Shown here piece after piece: positions 20,352 to 28,719 of a DNA stretch of 64,000 nt. The notes under the pieces are model-generated. The model saw only the letters and a list, made by a program, of their open reading frames with translations. It ran no database searches and was not told the origin of the DNA. The position numbers were made by a program, and so were the translations under genes. How positions within the stretch are numbered: position 1 is the first letter of the stretch; each line of letters starts with the position of its first letter. Source of the stretch: a virus; IMG/VR virus record IMGVR_UViG_3300031841_005609, positions 42,203 to 106,202 of that record. One strand, given 5' to 3'.

Positions 20352-22220
20352 ATGTCTACATTTTCACTCGAACAGCTGACAGAGGGGATCCGTCAGAGGC
20401 ATCTAGGATCTCAGAACCGTGAGCTGACAGAAAAATGGGCGAGAACTGGTCTTCTCAAGGGTCTTGACGGTGTCAAGCGTGAGAACATGGCTCGCCTCAT
20501 GGAGAACCAGGCCGCCCAGGTTCTTAAGGAGCAGTCATCCCTTTCAAACGGCGGTGGTGGTCTTGCCAACAGCGGCGACATGCGTGGTTTCACGAACATC
20601 GCATTCCCAATTGTTCGTCGCGTATTCGGTGGTTTGATCGCAAATGACCTAGTTTCAATCCAGCCAATGAGCCTTCCGTCCGGACTCTTGTTCTACTTGG
20701 ATTACACACGTCCAGGTTTGACAAGCATCCACGAAGACGGAGTGCATGTAATAAGCTCAGGTTCTTCTGCTTACGGAGATCCAGTTGGAAGCTCAGTCCA
20801 GACAGGTGCCGATGGAAAAGGAGGTCTCTACGACCTTGCTGGAAGCGCCTATTCTAGAGTTCACAGTGCCCAAGACGGGATAACCATATCAAACTCAGGT
20901 TCATTCTCAGGCGCCGACGGCGCATGGAGAGATCACCCAGGCGATGATGCAGCCACTCACCATGAAAGAGTAGTTGCGGCCACCGGTTCTGACGGAAAGG
21001 CGATCCAGTTTGATCCCCAGCTTACTAGCTTGATTGAAGCAAGAACGCACGCTTTTGACATTAAGTTTATCTCTCTTGCGACGGGTTACACAAATGCAGA
21101 CACATCTCTTGTCAAGGAGTGGGGATTGGACGGCGGTACTTGTGGAGCTATCGATAGTGCAATTCAGACAGGGAACAGCAAGAACGTTCGTAGATTAAAT
21201 CAGCTGGTTACCTGGGATGGAACGAATTATGAGCCTGCCCCTCTAGGTGTACCTGGAGAAACAGCGAACCTTCACTTGTTGACAGTATGTTCTTCATCAA
21301 TTCGTACTGCTCCAGGTCTTGGAAACGCTGCAAACGACACGCCTCCTACGAAACTTACTTTCCCGATCAAAGATTCTCTCACATCAGGAAACGGAAGCTC
21401 AGTTGTTGTTCCTTCTTTCGAGTCGGACTTCGGATCAACTCCATCGCCGGCGATTCCAGAGATCGACATCAAGGTTGAGGCTCTTCCTGTTGTAGCTCAG
21501 TCCAGAAAGCTTCGAGCTCGATGGTCACCAGAGCTCGCTCAGGATCTCAATGCATACCACAGTCTTGATGCAGAAGTAGAGCTCACTCAAATTCTCTCAG
21601 AGCAGATCGCTCTTGAGATCGACAGAGAGGTTCTTAACGATCTTCTCACACAAGCTGGTGCAGCTAACTACTACTGGTCAAGAGCTCCTGGTCGATTCCT
21701 CAACAAGGAGACAGGTGCTGTTCAAGACTCTGGTTTCGCTTCTTTCACAGGAACAGTTCGCGAATGGTATGAGACACTTGTTGAAACCATCATTGATGTC
21801 GCTAACCAGATCCACAGAAAGACGCTTAGAGGATCTGCTAACTTCATTGTTGTTGGTCCGGATGTTGCAACAATTCTCGAAGCCTCAGTTCTCTACAAGC
21901 CATCATACAGCTTGGACGGCGACGGCCAGGTGAGCGGAATGGTTATTGGTGCAGAAAAGGTTGGTACTTTGAGCAACCGATTCACAGTCTACAAGGACCC
22001 ATACTTCCCAAGAAATAAGGTTCTCGTAGGTTACAAGGGCGGAAGCTACTTGGAGACAGGCTATGTCTATGCTCCTTATGTACCTTTGATTGTTACACCA
22101 ACAATCTTCGCTCCTGAAGATTTCACTCCTCGTAAGGGCGTTATGACTCGTTACGGCAAGAAGATGGTTCGAGCCGACTTCTACGGAACAGTTACGTGCG
22201 CTGACATGAGCGTGATCTAA
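20352..22220 (+). CDS. Major capsid protein (gp23-like), copy 1
   Basis: FPIVRRVFGGLIANDLVSIQPM..PSGL.FYLD, RKLRARWSPELAQDL, EIDRE, YAPYVPL, FTPRKGVMTRY. Confidence 0.95.
   Translation: MSTFSLEQLTEGIRQRHLGSQNRELTEKWARTGLLKGLDGVKRENMARLMENQAAQVLKEQSSLSNGGGGLANSGDMRGFTNIAFPIVRRVFGGLIANDLVSIQPMSLPSGLLFYLDYTRPGLTSIHEDGVHVISSGSSAYGDPVGSSVQTGADGKGGLYDLAGSAYSRVHSAQDGITISNSGSFSGADGAWRDHPGDDAATHHERVVAATGSDGKAIQFDPQLTSLIEARTHAFDIKFISLATGYTNADTSLVKEWGLDGGTCGAIDSAIQTGNSKNVRRLNQLVTWDGTNYEPAPLGVPGETANLHLLTVCSSSIRTAPGLGNAANDTPPTKLTFPIKDSLTSGNGSSVVVPSFESDFGSTPSPAIPEIDIKVEALPVVAQSRKLRARWSPELAQDLNAYHSLDAEVELTQILSEQIALEIDREVLNDLLTQAGAANYYWSRAPGRFLNKETGAVQDSGFASFTGTVREWYETLVETIIDVANQIHRKTLRGSANFIVVGPDVATILEASVLYKPSYSLDGDGQVSGMVIGAEKVGTLSNRFTVYKDPYFPRNKVLVGYKGGSYLETGYVYAPYVPLIVTPTIFAPEDFTPRKGVMTRYGKKMVRADFYGTVTCADMSVI
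20436..20494 (+). repeat. 59-nt tract identical to 22603-22661
   Basis: Direct comparison of the two capsid genes. A second identical 54-nt tract is 20540-20593 = 22707-22760. Confidence 0.9.
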
Positions 22221-22242
22221 AAGAAGTACGACTTCTAACTAA

Positions 22243-22270
22243 AGGGAGGCTTTTTGCCTCCCTTTTTTTA
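22243..22270 (+). terminator. Rho-independent terminator after capsid copy 1
   Basis: AGGGAGGC-TTTTT-GCCTCCCT followed by a T run. Confidence 0.9.
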
Positions 22271-22287
22271 TTTTTGAAATCGAGTTC

Positions 22288-22295
22288 ATATTTAT
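22288..22295 (+). promoter_or_regulatory. Putative late promoter for capsid copy 2
   Basis: ATATTTATTAACA, identical to the element at 25505-25517. Confidence 0.6.
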
Positions 22296-22518
22296 TAACA
22301 TGCTAGTGAAAAGTTTCACTAGAAAGTGCTTTGCGAAATGGCTGATGAGAATCTGATGCCGCGAGCTTTTGGTGGTTTGAGCATGGTGCAAAAGCCACAA
22401 AACAGAGGATGGATAACCCTGGAATGTCGCCCCGGCAAAAAGCCTAGTGGGGTCGGTCGATGAGTTTTGAACATCCGCTGAAACGATGATAAAGACATTA
22501 CTTATTAAGGAGAAAAAA

Positions 22519-24435
22519 ATGTCAACATTTTCATTGGAGCAGCTGACGGAAGGAATCCGAAGCCGACACCTCGGGTCACAAAACCGACAGCTTGTTGAAA
22601 AGTGGGCGAGAACTGGTCTTCTCAAGGGTCTTGACGGTGTCAAGCGTGAGAACATGGCTCGTCTTATGGAGAATCAGGCGTCACAGGTTCTTAAGGAACA
22701 ATCAAGCCTTTCAAACGGCGGTGGTGGTCTTGCCAACAGCGGCGACATGCGTGGTTTCACAAACATCGCATTCCCGATCGTAAGAAGAGTTTTCGGCGGC
22801 CTTATTGCTAACGATCTCGTAAGCATTCAGCCCATGAGCCTTCCTTCAGGTCTCTTGTTCTACTTGGATTACACAAGAGGAACCGAAGTTGGATCTTCTG
22901 ACAACCCAGTATATAGCAGTGGCGACTCAGTATACAACAGCCCAGTTGGCAAAGGCGTTCAGAGTGGATCTCTCGCAGTTGGTGGACAGTATGACTTGGC
23001 TGGAAGTGGTTACACCAGAGTTCATGAAACAAACGAAGACGTCGACTTAGGCACCGATGGTCTTGCTGCTCTTTCAAGAATTTTTACCATGGACGCAAAC
23101 GGTGATGCTACAGTAGCAACTGCTGCTCAGCTGGATCCAGTCGCGACCACAGGTCGTGCGGGTAAGCTTCTTCAGTTTGATCCACAGATCATAAAGCAGC
23201 TTGACGAAGGAACTGCTGAATATCACTTCATGCTTATTCCTCTGACCACTGACTGCTTCGGCTCAAACTTTGACACGACTCTTGTGAAGGAAGTTGGACT
23301 AGTTGTTCACACCGCCCTGCCGTCAGATGTTCTTCTCAACGTAGACAGCTCTGTACAAAGCGGTTCAACTAGAAACGTTAGACGTTTGAATCAGCTTGTT
23401 ACAGTTACTGGTGGAACTGACGCCGCCGCACTTACTACTGATAACATCGAGGCTCTGACTTCTACCCCGCTTGCTCAAGTTGGCGACACCGGTGCATGTT
23501 TGCTCATGGTTGTTCGACACAAGCCAGGTTCAACGTTCGCTGCTAGCGATCTTAACGATGGCGATCACATCGGAATCACCTATCCTGTTGCAGACAAGTT
23601 AGAGTCAGGAAGCGGCAGCTCAGTTGTTGTTCCTTCTTTCGAGTCTAACTTCGGAGCAACTCCATCACCTGAGATCCCAGAGATCGACATTAAGGTTGAG
23701 GCTTTGCCAGTTGTAGCTCAGTCACGTAAGTTGCGAGCACGTTGGTCACCAGAGCTTGCTCAGGATCTTAATGCATACCACAGCCTTGACGCTGAGGTTG
23801 AGTTGACACAGATCCTTTCAGAGCAGATCGCTCTTGAGATCGATAGAGAAGTTCTTAACGACCTTCTTACCCAGGCGGGAGCTGCTAACTACTACTGGTC
23901 ACGTGCACCAGGTCGTTTCTTGAACAAGGAGACAGGTTCAGTTTCAAGCATCGGTACTTTCACCGGTACGGTTCGTGAGTGGTATGAGACTCTCGTAGAG
24001 ACGATTATCGACGTTGCAAACCAGATCCACAGAAAGACACTGCGTGGTTCCGCAAACTTCATCGTTGTTGGACCAGACGTTGCTACTATCCTTGAAGCAA
24101 GCGTTCTCTACAAGCCATCATACAGCCTCGACGGTGACGGACAGGTTAGTGGTATGGTGATCGGAGCTGAGAAGGTTGGTACCCTTTCAAATCGTTTCAC
24201 GGTTTACAAGGATCCTTACTTCCCACGCAACAAGGTTCTTGTTGGATACAAGGGCGGAAGCTACCTTGAGACTGGTTACGTATACGCTCCATACGTACCT
24301 CTCATCGTTACTCCAACGATCTTCGCACCTGAGGACTTCACCCCACGTAAGGGTGTCATGACTCGCTACGGTAAGAAGATGGTTCGAAGTGACTTCTACG
24401 GTACCGTTACATGCGCCGACATGAGCGTGATCTAA
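22519..24435 (+). CDS. Major capsid protein (gp23-like), copy 2
   Basis: Same motifs as copy 1. The start is placed at 22519 (TAAGGAG + A-rich spacer + MSTFSLEQL), not at the tracked 22486. Confidence 0.95.
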   Translation: MSTFSLEQLTEGIRSRHLGSQNRQLVEKWARTGLLKGLDGVKRENMARLMENQASQVLKEQSSLSNGGGGLANSGDMRGFTNIAFPIVRRVFGGLIANDLVSIQPMSLPSGLLFYLDYTRGTEVGSSDNPVYSSGDSVYNSPVGKGVQSGSLAVGGQYDLAGSGYTRVHETNEDVDLGTDGLAALSRIFTMDANGDATVATAAQLDPVATTGRAGKLLQFDPQIIKQLDEGTAEYHFMLIPLTTDCFGSNFDTTLVKEVGLVVHTALPSDVLLNVDSSVQSGSTRNVRRLNQLVTVTGGTDAAALTTDNIEALTSTPLAQVGDTGACLLMVVRHKPGSTFAASDLNDGDHIGITYPVADKLESGSGSSVVVPSFESNFGATPSPEIPEIDIKVEALPVVAQSRKLRARWSPELAQDLNAYHSLDAEVELTQILSEQIALEIDREVLNDLLTQAGAANYYWSRAPGRFLNKETGSVSSIGTFTGTVREWYETLVETIIDVANQIHRKTLRGSANFIVVGPDVATILEASVLYKPSYSLDGDGQVSGMVIGAEKVGTLSNRFTVYKDPYFPRNKVLVGYKGGSYLETGYVYAPYVPLIVTPTIFAPEDFTPRKGVMTRYGKKMVRSDFYGTVTCADMSVI

Positions 24436-24460
24436 TAAAAATTTAGATCAAAATGTATCT

Positions 24461-24494
24461 GGGGCGTCCTGAAAAGGACGCCCCTTTTTTTTTT
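24461..24494 (+). terminator. Rho-independent terminator after capsid copy 2
   Basis: GGGGCGTCCT-GAAA-AGGACGCCCC followed by T10. Confidence 0.95.
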
Positions 24495-24532
24495 GAAGCG
24501 ACCTTGAAATTCTTTAGATACTTAAAAGAGTT

Positions 24533-25081
24533 ATGTCTAAAAAGTCAAAAAAATCAAGCAGTCTAGAAAGTCTTCGAAAACTTGTTGATAATCTAACTGA
24601 TAGAGACGTTCAGATCAAAAGAGACTTTCGACTTTTCGAGTCGTTTCTTGAGAACTTCCCCATCCCAGTCACCATGTGGTCTGCAAACTTAGACGGACTA
24701 GTCTTGAACAAAAAAGACAGAGGTTTCTTTTGCAAGACGGGAGACAAGATTGAAGATCTGTTTTCTTGTGAGTCTCTTGCAGACACTGTTTTCAAAAAAC
24801 ACAAGGAAGCTCTTTCCGGAGAGCCTAACAGCACTTTGATTCAAAAGATGGAAAAAACTTTCTATGTAACAGTTGCTCCTCGACATGATAACGATAACAT
24901 TGTCATAGGAGTTTCTGGAATTGCGTGGGATGTATCTTCTAACAGTTTCATATTAGATACATTGATCGACATTAAAAATGTCACAGAGACGAAATCTGGG
25001 ACTTTTGAAGAGATTAATGAAAAAGCTTCTAAAGCTATTGAAAAGAGTAGACTTTTTCTTCTAGCAAAGGAGGGCAAGTAA
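24533..25081 (+). CDS. PAS/PAC-domain protein
   Basis: Coiled coil, then FLENFPIPVTMWSANLDG...HKEALSGEP...FYVTVAPRHDNDNIVIGVSGIAWDVS, the typical PAS/PAC pattern. Confidence 0.75.
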   Translation: MSKKSKKSSSLESLRKLVDNLTDRDVQIKRDFRLFESFLENFPIPVTMWSANLDGLVLNKKDRGFFCKTGDKIEDLFSCESLADTVFKKHKEALSGEPNSTLIQKMEKTFYVTVAPRHDNDNIVIGVSGIAWDVSSNSFILDTLIDIKNVTETKSGTFEEINEKASKAIEKSRLFLLAKEGK

Positions 25082-25082
25082 G

Positions 25083-25415
25083 ATGTCATCTGATTCAAAC
25101 CAAAATGGATGGAATGAATATTCTAGACTGGTTTTAAAAGAACTTGAAAATCTTGCAGACAACATTGACGGTCTCAAGGAAGAGCTTCAAGAAGTCAAGC
25201 AAGAAATTGCCAAGATGCAAGTTCGAGAAGACAAGGTAGATGAGCTTAAGACCTGGAAAGAGAAAGTAGACGAAGTAGTTTCTCCAACCCAGCTGTCCAA
25301 TCTTGTCAAAGAAGTCGAAGAGCTTAAGATGTTCAAGACCAAGGCAATCACCACATTTGCAGTCGTTCAGTTCTTGATGGCTCTTTGGGCTTGGTCTCAA
25401 AAATTTATGCAATAA
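25083..25415 (+). CDS. Coiled-coil protein with C-terminal hydrophobic helix (holin/XhlA-like architecture)
   Basis: Heptad repeats followed by AITTFAVVQFLMALWAW. Confidence 0.55.
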   Translation: MSSDSNQNGWNEYSRLVLKELENLADNIDGLKEELQEVKQEIAKMQVREDKVDELKTWKEKVDEVVSPTQLSNLVKEVEELKMFKTKAITTFAVVQFLMALWAWSQKFMQ

Positions 25416-25530
25416 ATTTCTTAAGCATAGGTTGAACTAATCAGCCCAGCGATCATGCGAAATCTTTCAACAATTAAAGACCCAGATAATTGCAAGTCGA
25501 CTCGATATTTATTAACAGTGAGGTGTGTAA

Positions 25531-26700
25531 ATGTCTAGATTTGTCGACATATTGAATCCAACTCCTTTTGGATTTTTTGACTCTGAGATTGCTTTTCAAA
25601 ACGAAGCCGATTCTGTCGTCACTTTCATAAAGAGAAAGCTTGGTGATGATATCCTTAGTGTTGAACTAACCAAGCGACAGATCTGGGCCTGCCTTGAAGA
25701 ATCCGCTTTGGAATACAGCTCGATCATAAATCAGTATCAGGCAAAGTCTCAGCTTGCGAATCTTCTAGGGGGACCAACAGGTTCACTGGATGGTGTAGAG
25801 CAAAAGTTTCCAAGAGAAAATCTAGAGTTTATGCTTCGAAGAGCTGAACCCTATTCTATGGAAGCGGGTCTCGGCGGTGTTTATAACATGCTTTCCGGAT
25901 CTATTGCTCTCGAAAAAGGAAAGCAGGACTACGATCTGTATTCAGATCTCAAAGGAGCCGATGGCAACGCTCTATTCGATAATGCTGCTAACAATCCGAA
26001 AACTAAGATGAAAGTGATGGAAGTTTTTCACTTCAGCCCACAGGCTGCATATCGATTTTTCGATACAACTTCTGCTATCAACTATCTTAACAACGAATTT
26101 AGCTTTGAGTCATTTACACCAGAGACAGTCTTTTATGTGCTACCAGTTTTTGAGGATGTTCTCCGAGGCGGAATGCTTGATATGTCCTCGAGAGTTAGAA
26201 GAAGTAACTTTTCATATAAAATAACTGGAACAAAGATAAGAATCTTTCCGATTCCCACGAGTACAAACCCACAGAATCTTTTTATAAGAGTTCACTTTTC
26301 GCCTGATCCACTTAAGCCGGCTTTTAAAGATGCCTCTATTGAGGGCATTAGCAATCTTTCCAACATTCCGTATGGAAGACTTGAATATTCTAGAATTAAT
26401 TCTATTGGAAGGCAATGGATCAGACAGTATGCCCTTGCTCTTTCTCGAGAGTTACTAGGGTTGGTTAGATCTAAATTTTCAACAGTACCTATTCCTGGTT
26501 CTGATCTTCAGTTGAACGGAACAGAGTTAATATCCCAGGGAAGAGAGGACAAAGAAAACTTAAAGACAAAACTAGGAGAAATGCTAGACGAGCTAACATA
26601 TGACAAGATGCTTGAGTCAGAAGCGGCAGCTAGCGAAAATCTTACCAGAATTCTTAAAGCTATTCCGATGCCAAACGGAAAAGCAATTTCAATGGGTTAA
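25531..26700 (+). CDS. Neck/head-tail adaptor (gp13-like)
   Basis: IKRKLG..LSVELT..Q, WIRQYALAL.RELLGLVRSKF...PG...LNG..L..G: the gp13 pattern. Confidence 0.8.
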   Translation: MSRFVDILNPTPFGFFDSEIAFQNEADSVVTFIKRKLGDDILSVELTKRQIWACLEESALEYSSIINQYQAKSQLANLLGGPTGSLDGVEQKFPRENLEFMLRRAEPYSMEAGLGGVYNMLSGSIALEKGKQDYDLYSDLKGADGNALFDNAANNPKTKMKVMEVFHFSPQAAYRFFDTTSAINYLNNEFSFESFTPETVFYVLPVFEDVLRGGMLDMSSRVRRSNFSYKITGTKIRIFPIPTSTNPQNLFIRVHFSPDPLKPAFKDASIEGISNLSNIPYGRLEYSRINSIGRQWIRQYALALSRELLGLVRSKFSTVPIPGSDLQLNGTELISQGREDKENLKTKLGEMLDELTYDKMLESEAAASENLTRILKAIPMPNGKAISMG

Positions 26701-26706
26701 CAATAG

Positions 26707-27375
26707 ATGGCTAGACTTTTTATAACCCCACGAGAAATAGATCTGATATCAGACTTGACCAAAGAGGTCATCAAAGATGTCGCTGGTCAAAAAGTCTATT
26801 ACTACAGGGTTAGAGAAGACTTAAGCAACGTTCATGACGTGTACGAAGAGTCACCTGACAAAGTTTTTGACCCTCCTATCGAAGTTGAAGCAAGAGTTGA
26901 ATATCTACCAGAAGAAATAAGAACGAATCGTTTTGGCGGAGAAGAGTTTTACTCTATTAACGTTTTCTTTCATGAACGAGATCTCCTAGACAGAGATATT
27001 GATGTTCGAACCGGTGATTACTTTAGCTACGGAGACACTTTTTTCGAAATAACCAGTGCTATCGTTGAGTCAAACGTTTACGGACAGATTGAGCATGCTA
27101 TTGGAGTTAAAGTAACCGGAAAGCAGGCGAGAATCGGACAAATAGATAAGACTCCTAACGGACCTACTAGCGAGCAATACACCGATGAGGATGCTGTTCA
27201 AGAGACTTTCGTTCAACAGAGAGGCTTCGAGGAGAACAGGCTTGGGCCCACCGAAGACAAGAGACAACTTCAGGAAGACGGAAAGCTTGACAAGCCTTTG
27301 ACGGGACCTCAAGAAGTTTCACCTCGAGCAGACAAAGAAGATGAAGTGAAGTCTTCTTTTTATGATGAGATTTAA
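26707..27375 (+). CDS. Neck/head closure protein (gp14-like)
   Basis: GQKVYYY...DVYEES..KVF..P..GDYF..FFEI; follows the gp13-like gene. Confidence 0.7.
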   Translation: MARLFITPREIDLISDLTKEVIKDVAGQKVYYYRVREDLSNVHDVYEESPDKVFDPPIEVEARVEYLPEEIRTNRFGGEEFYSINVFFHERDLLDRDIDVRTGDYFSYGDTFFEITSAIVESNVYGQIEHAIGVKVTGKQARIGQIDKTPNGPTSEQYTDEDAVQETFVQQRGFEENRLGPTEDKRQLQEDGKLDKPLTGPQEVSPRADKEDEVKSSFYDEI

Positions 27376-27377
27376 AA

Positions 27378-28664
27378 ATGTCGACTCGATACTATAAAAA
27401 CAAAAACGATGGGACTTCAAGATCTGCTGGATACGAAGGTTCGAACATACCTGACGACTTTAATGTTCCTTCGTGTACTATAGAGGATGTTGACAGAGCT
27501 CTTTTCGATCTCTTTGACAAGCAGCTTCCGTTTACATACAAGCATAAAGAAGGTACTAAAAGAGCTCCGGTTATATTCGCATCAGGCGAAAGATTTGCCG
27601 TCCTTAGGAGAAAAGAACCCTTAAGGGACAAGTCAGGGGCTCTTGTTCTTCCGCTTGTCTCTATAATGAGAACAGGAATATCTCAGGTTCCTACGATGGG
27701 AGCTGGAACATCTCAGAATACTCCTCACGTCGTGAAGAGAAAGCTTTCAAAAGATGACCCTGAGTATCAAAGGCTTCTAAACAAAAGGGGACTAAGAAAC
27801 TCCGACGACCTTCCGTCTAAGAATTCTCTTGCTGATCCTGAGAATCCCGTAAAAGAAAAGGCTGCTCCTGGAAAGAACGCTTCCAGAAGAGACATACCTT
27901 CTAGGAGAGACACGAACGATATCGGAAATCCTCTAGGTCAGAACATCTATGAGATCATTGAGATACCGCCGCCGAAATATTTTACTGCATCTTACGAGAT
28001 AACACTCTGGTCACAGTACACTCTTCAGATGAACGATATGATAACGGCTCTCATGTCCCTATATCAGTCGTATTCTCAGAGAACCTTTCAGCTTGAGACA
28101 GACAAGGGATACTGGTTTGTAGGCTACGCCGGAGAGGACCTCAATCCTGGTAACAACTTTGATGATTTCACAGATAGTGAAAGAATAGTCAGGTACACAT
28201 TTACTATGACAGTCCCGGGCTATCTTGTCAATCCCCAGTTCCCCGGAAGTCAAAACGGAGTGAGAAGATATGTTTCTGCTCCTGAGATATCTTTTGATGC
28301 AATCCTCTCTGCTGGAGAGTTTGAACCTTTCACCCAGGAAGGACCAATTTCCGGAAATCCTTCTGATCATGTCCTTGAGGACTTGAGAACTGTTGATGAA
28401 CCGCTCCCTGGCCAGCAAATAGGGTCGACAAATTTTGCAGCTTCAGATTCTCGTGGCATATTTAGAAAAAGACAAGGTTCTCAATCGGTCGATTCAGCTC
28501 TAAAGCAAACGTCGATTGGGGGCACTTTCACTGACGATAATAGGACAAAAATTATTCAATATGATAGAGATCCTTTCACCGGAAAGAAGATTAGAAAATC
28601 TCTCCATGTCAAAAACAGAACGAATAGAATGGGAGAGACGGTTTTGAGAGAGACTCTTGATTAG
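27378..28664 (+). CDS. Tail terminator/sheath stabiliser (gp15-like)
   Basis: APVIFASGER, LVLPLVSIMR, PKYFTASYEITLWSQY..QMN; precedes the sheath genes. Confidence 0.65.
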   Translation: MSTRYYKNKNDGTSRSAGYEGSNIPDDFNVPSCTIEDVDRALFDLFDKQLPFTYKHKEGTKRAPVIFASGERFAVLRRKEPLRDKSGALVLPLVSIMRTGISQVPTMGAGTSQNTPHVVKRKLSKDDPEYQRLLNKRGLRNSDDLPSKNSLADPENPVKEKAAPGKNASRRDIPSRRDTNDIGNPLGQNIYEIIEIPPPKYFTASYEITLWSQYTLQMNDMITALMSLYQSYSQRTFQLETDKGYWFVGYAGEDLNPGNNFDDFTDSERIVRYTFTMTVPGYLVNPQFPGSQNGVRRYVSAPEISFDAILSAGEFEPFTQEGPISGNPSDHVLEDLRTVDEPLPGQQIGSTNFAASDSRGIFRKRQGSQSVDSALKQTSIGGTFTDDNRTKIIQYDRDPFTGKKIRKSLHVKNRTNRMGETVLRETLD

Positions 28665-28719
28665 AATTTTGAAACGAACATGATAATTAAAAGATGCATA
28701 GAACGTTCTAGGAGATACA

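Noticed and set aside
22342-22500. Hammerhead ribozyme core (CTGATGA ... GAAA)
   Set aside because: I could not build stem III with an NUH cleavage site or a proper stem I; the region is kept only as a generic structured leader.
22239-22655. 138-aa minus-strand ORF across the capsid intergenic region, similar to ORF 20411-20599
   Set aside because: The similarity is simply the antisense of the duplicated capsid 5' ends; there are no translation signals.
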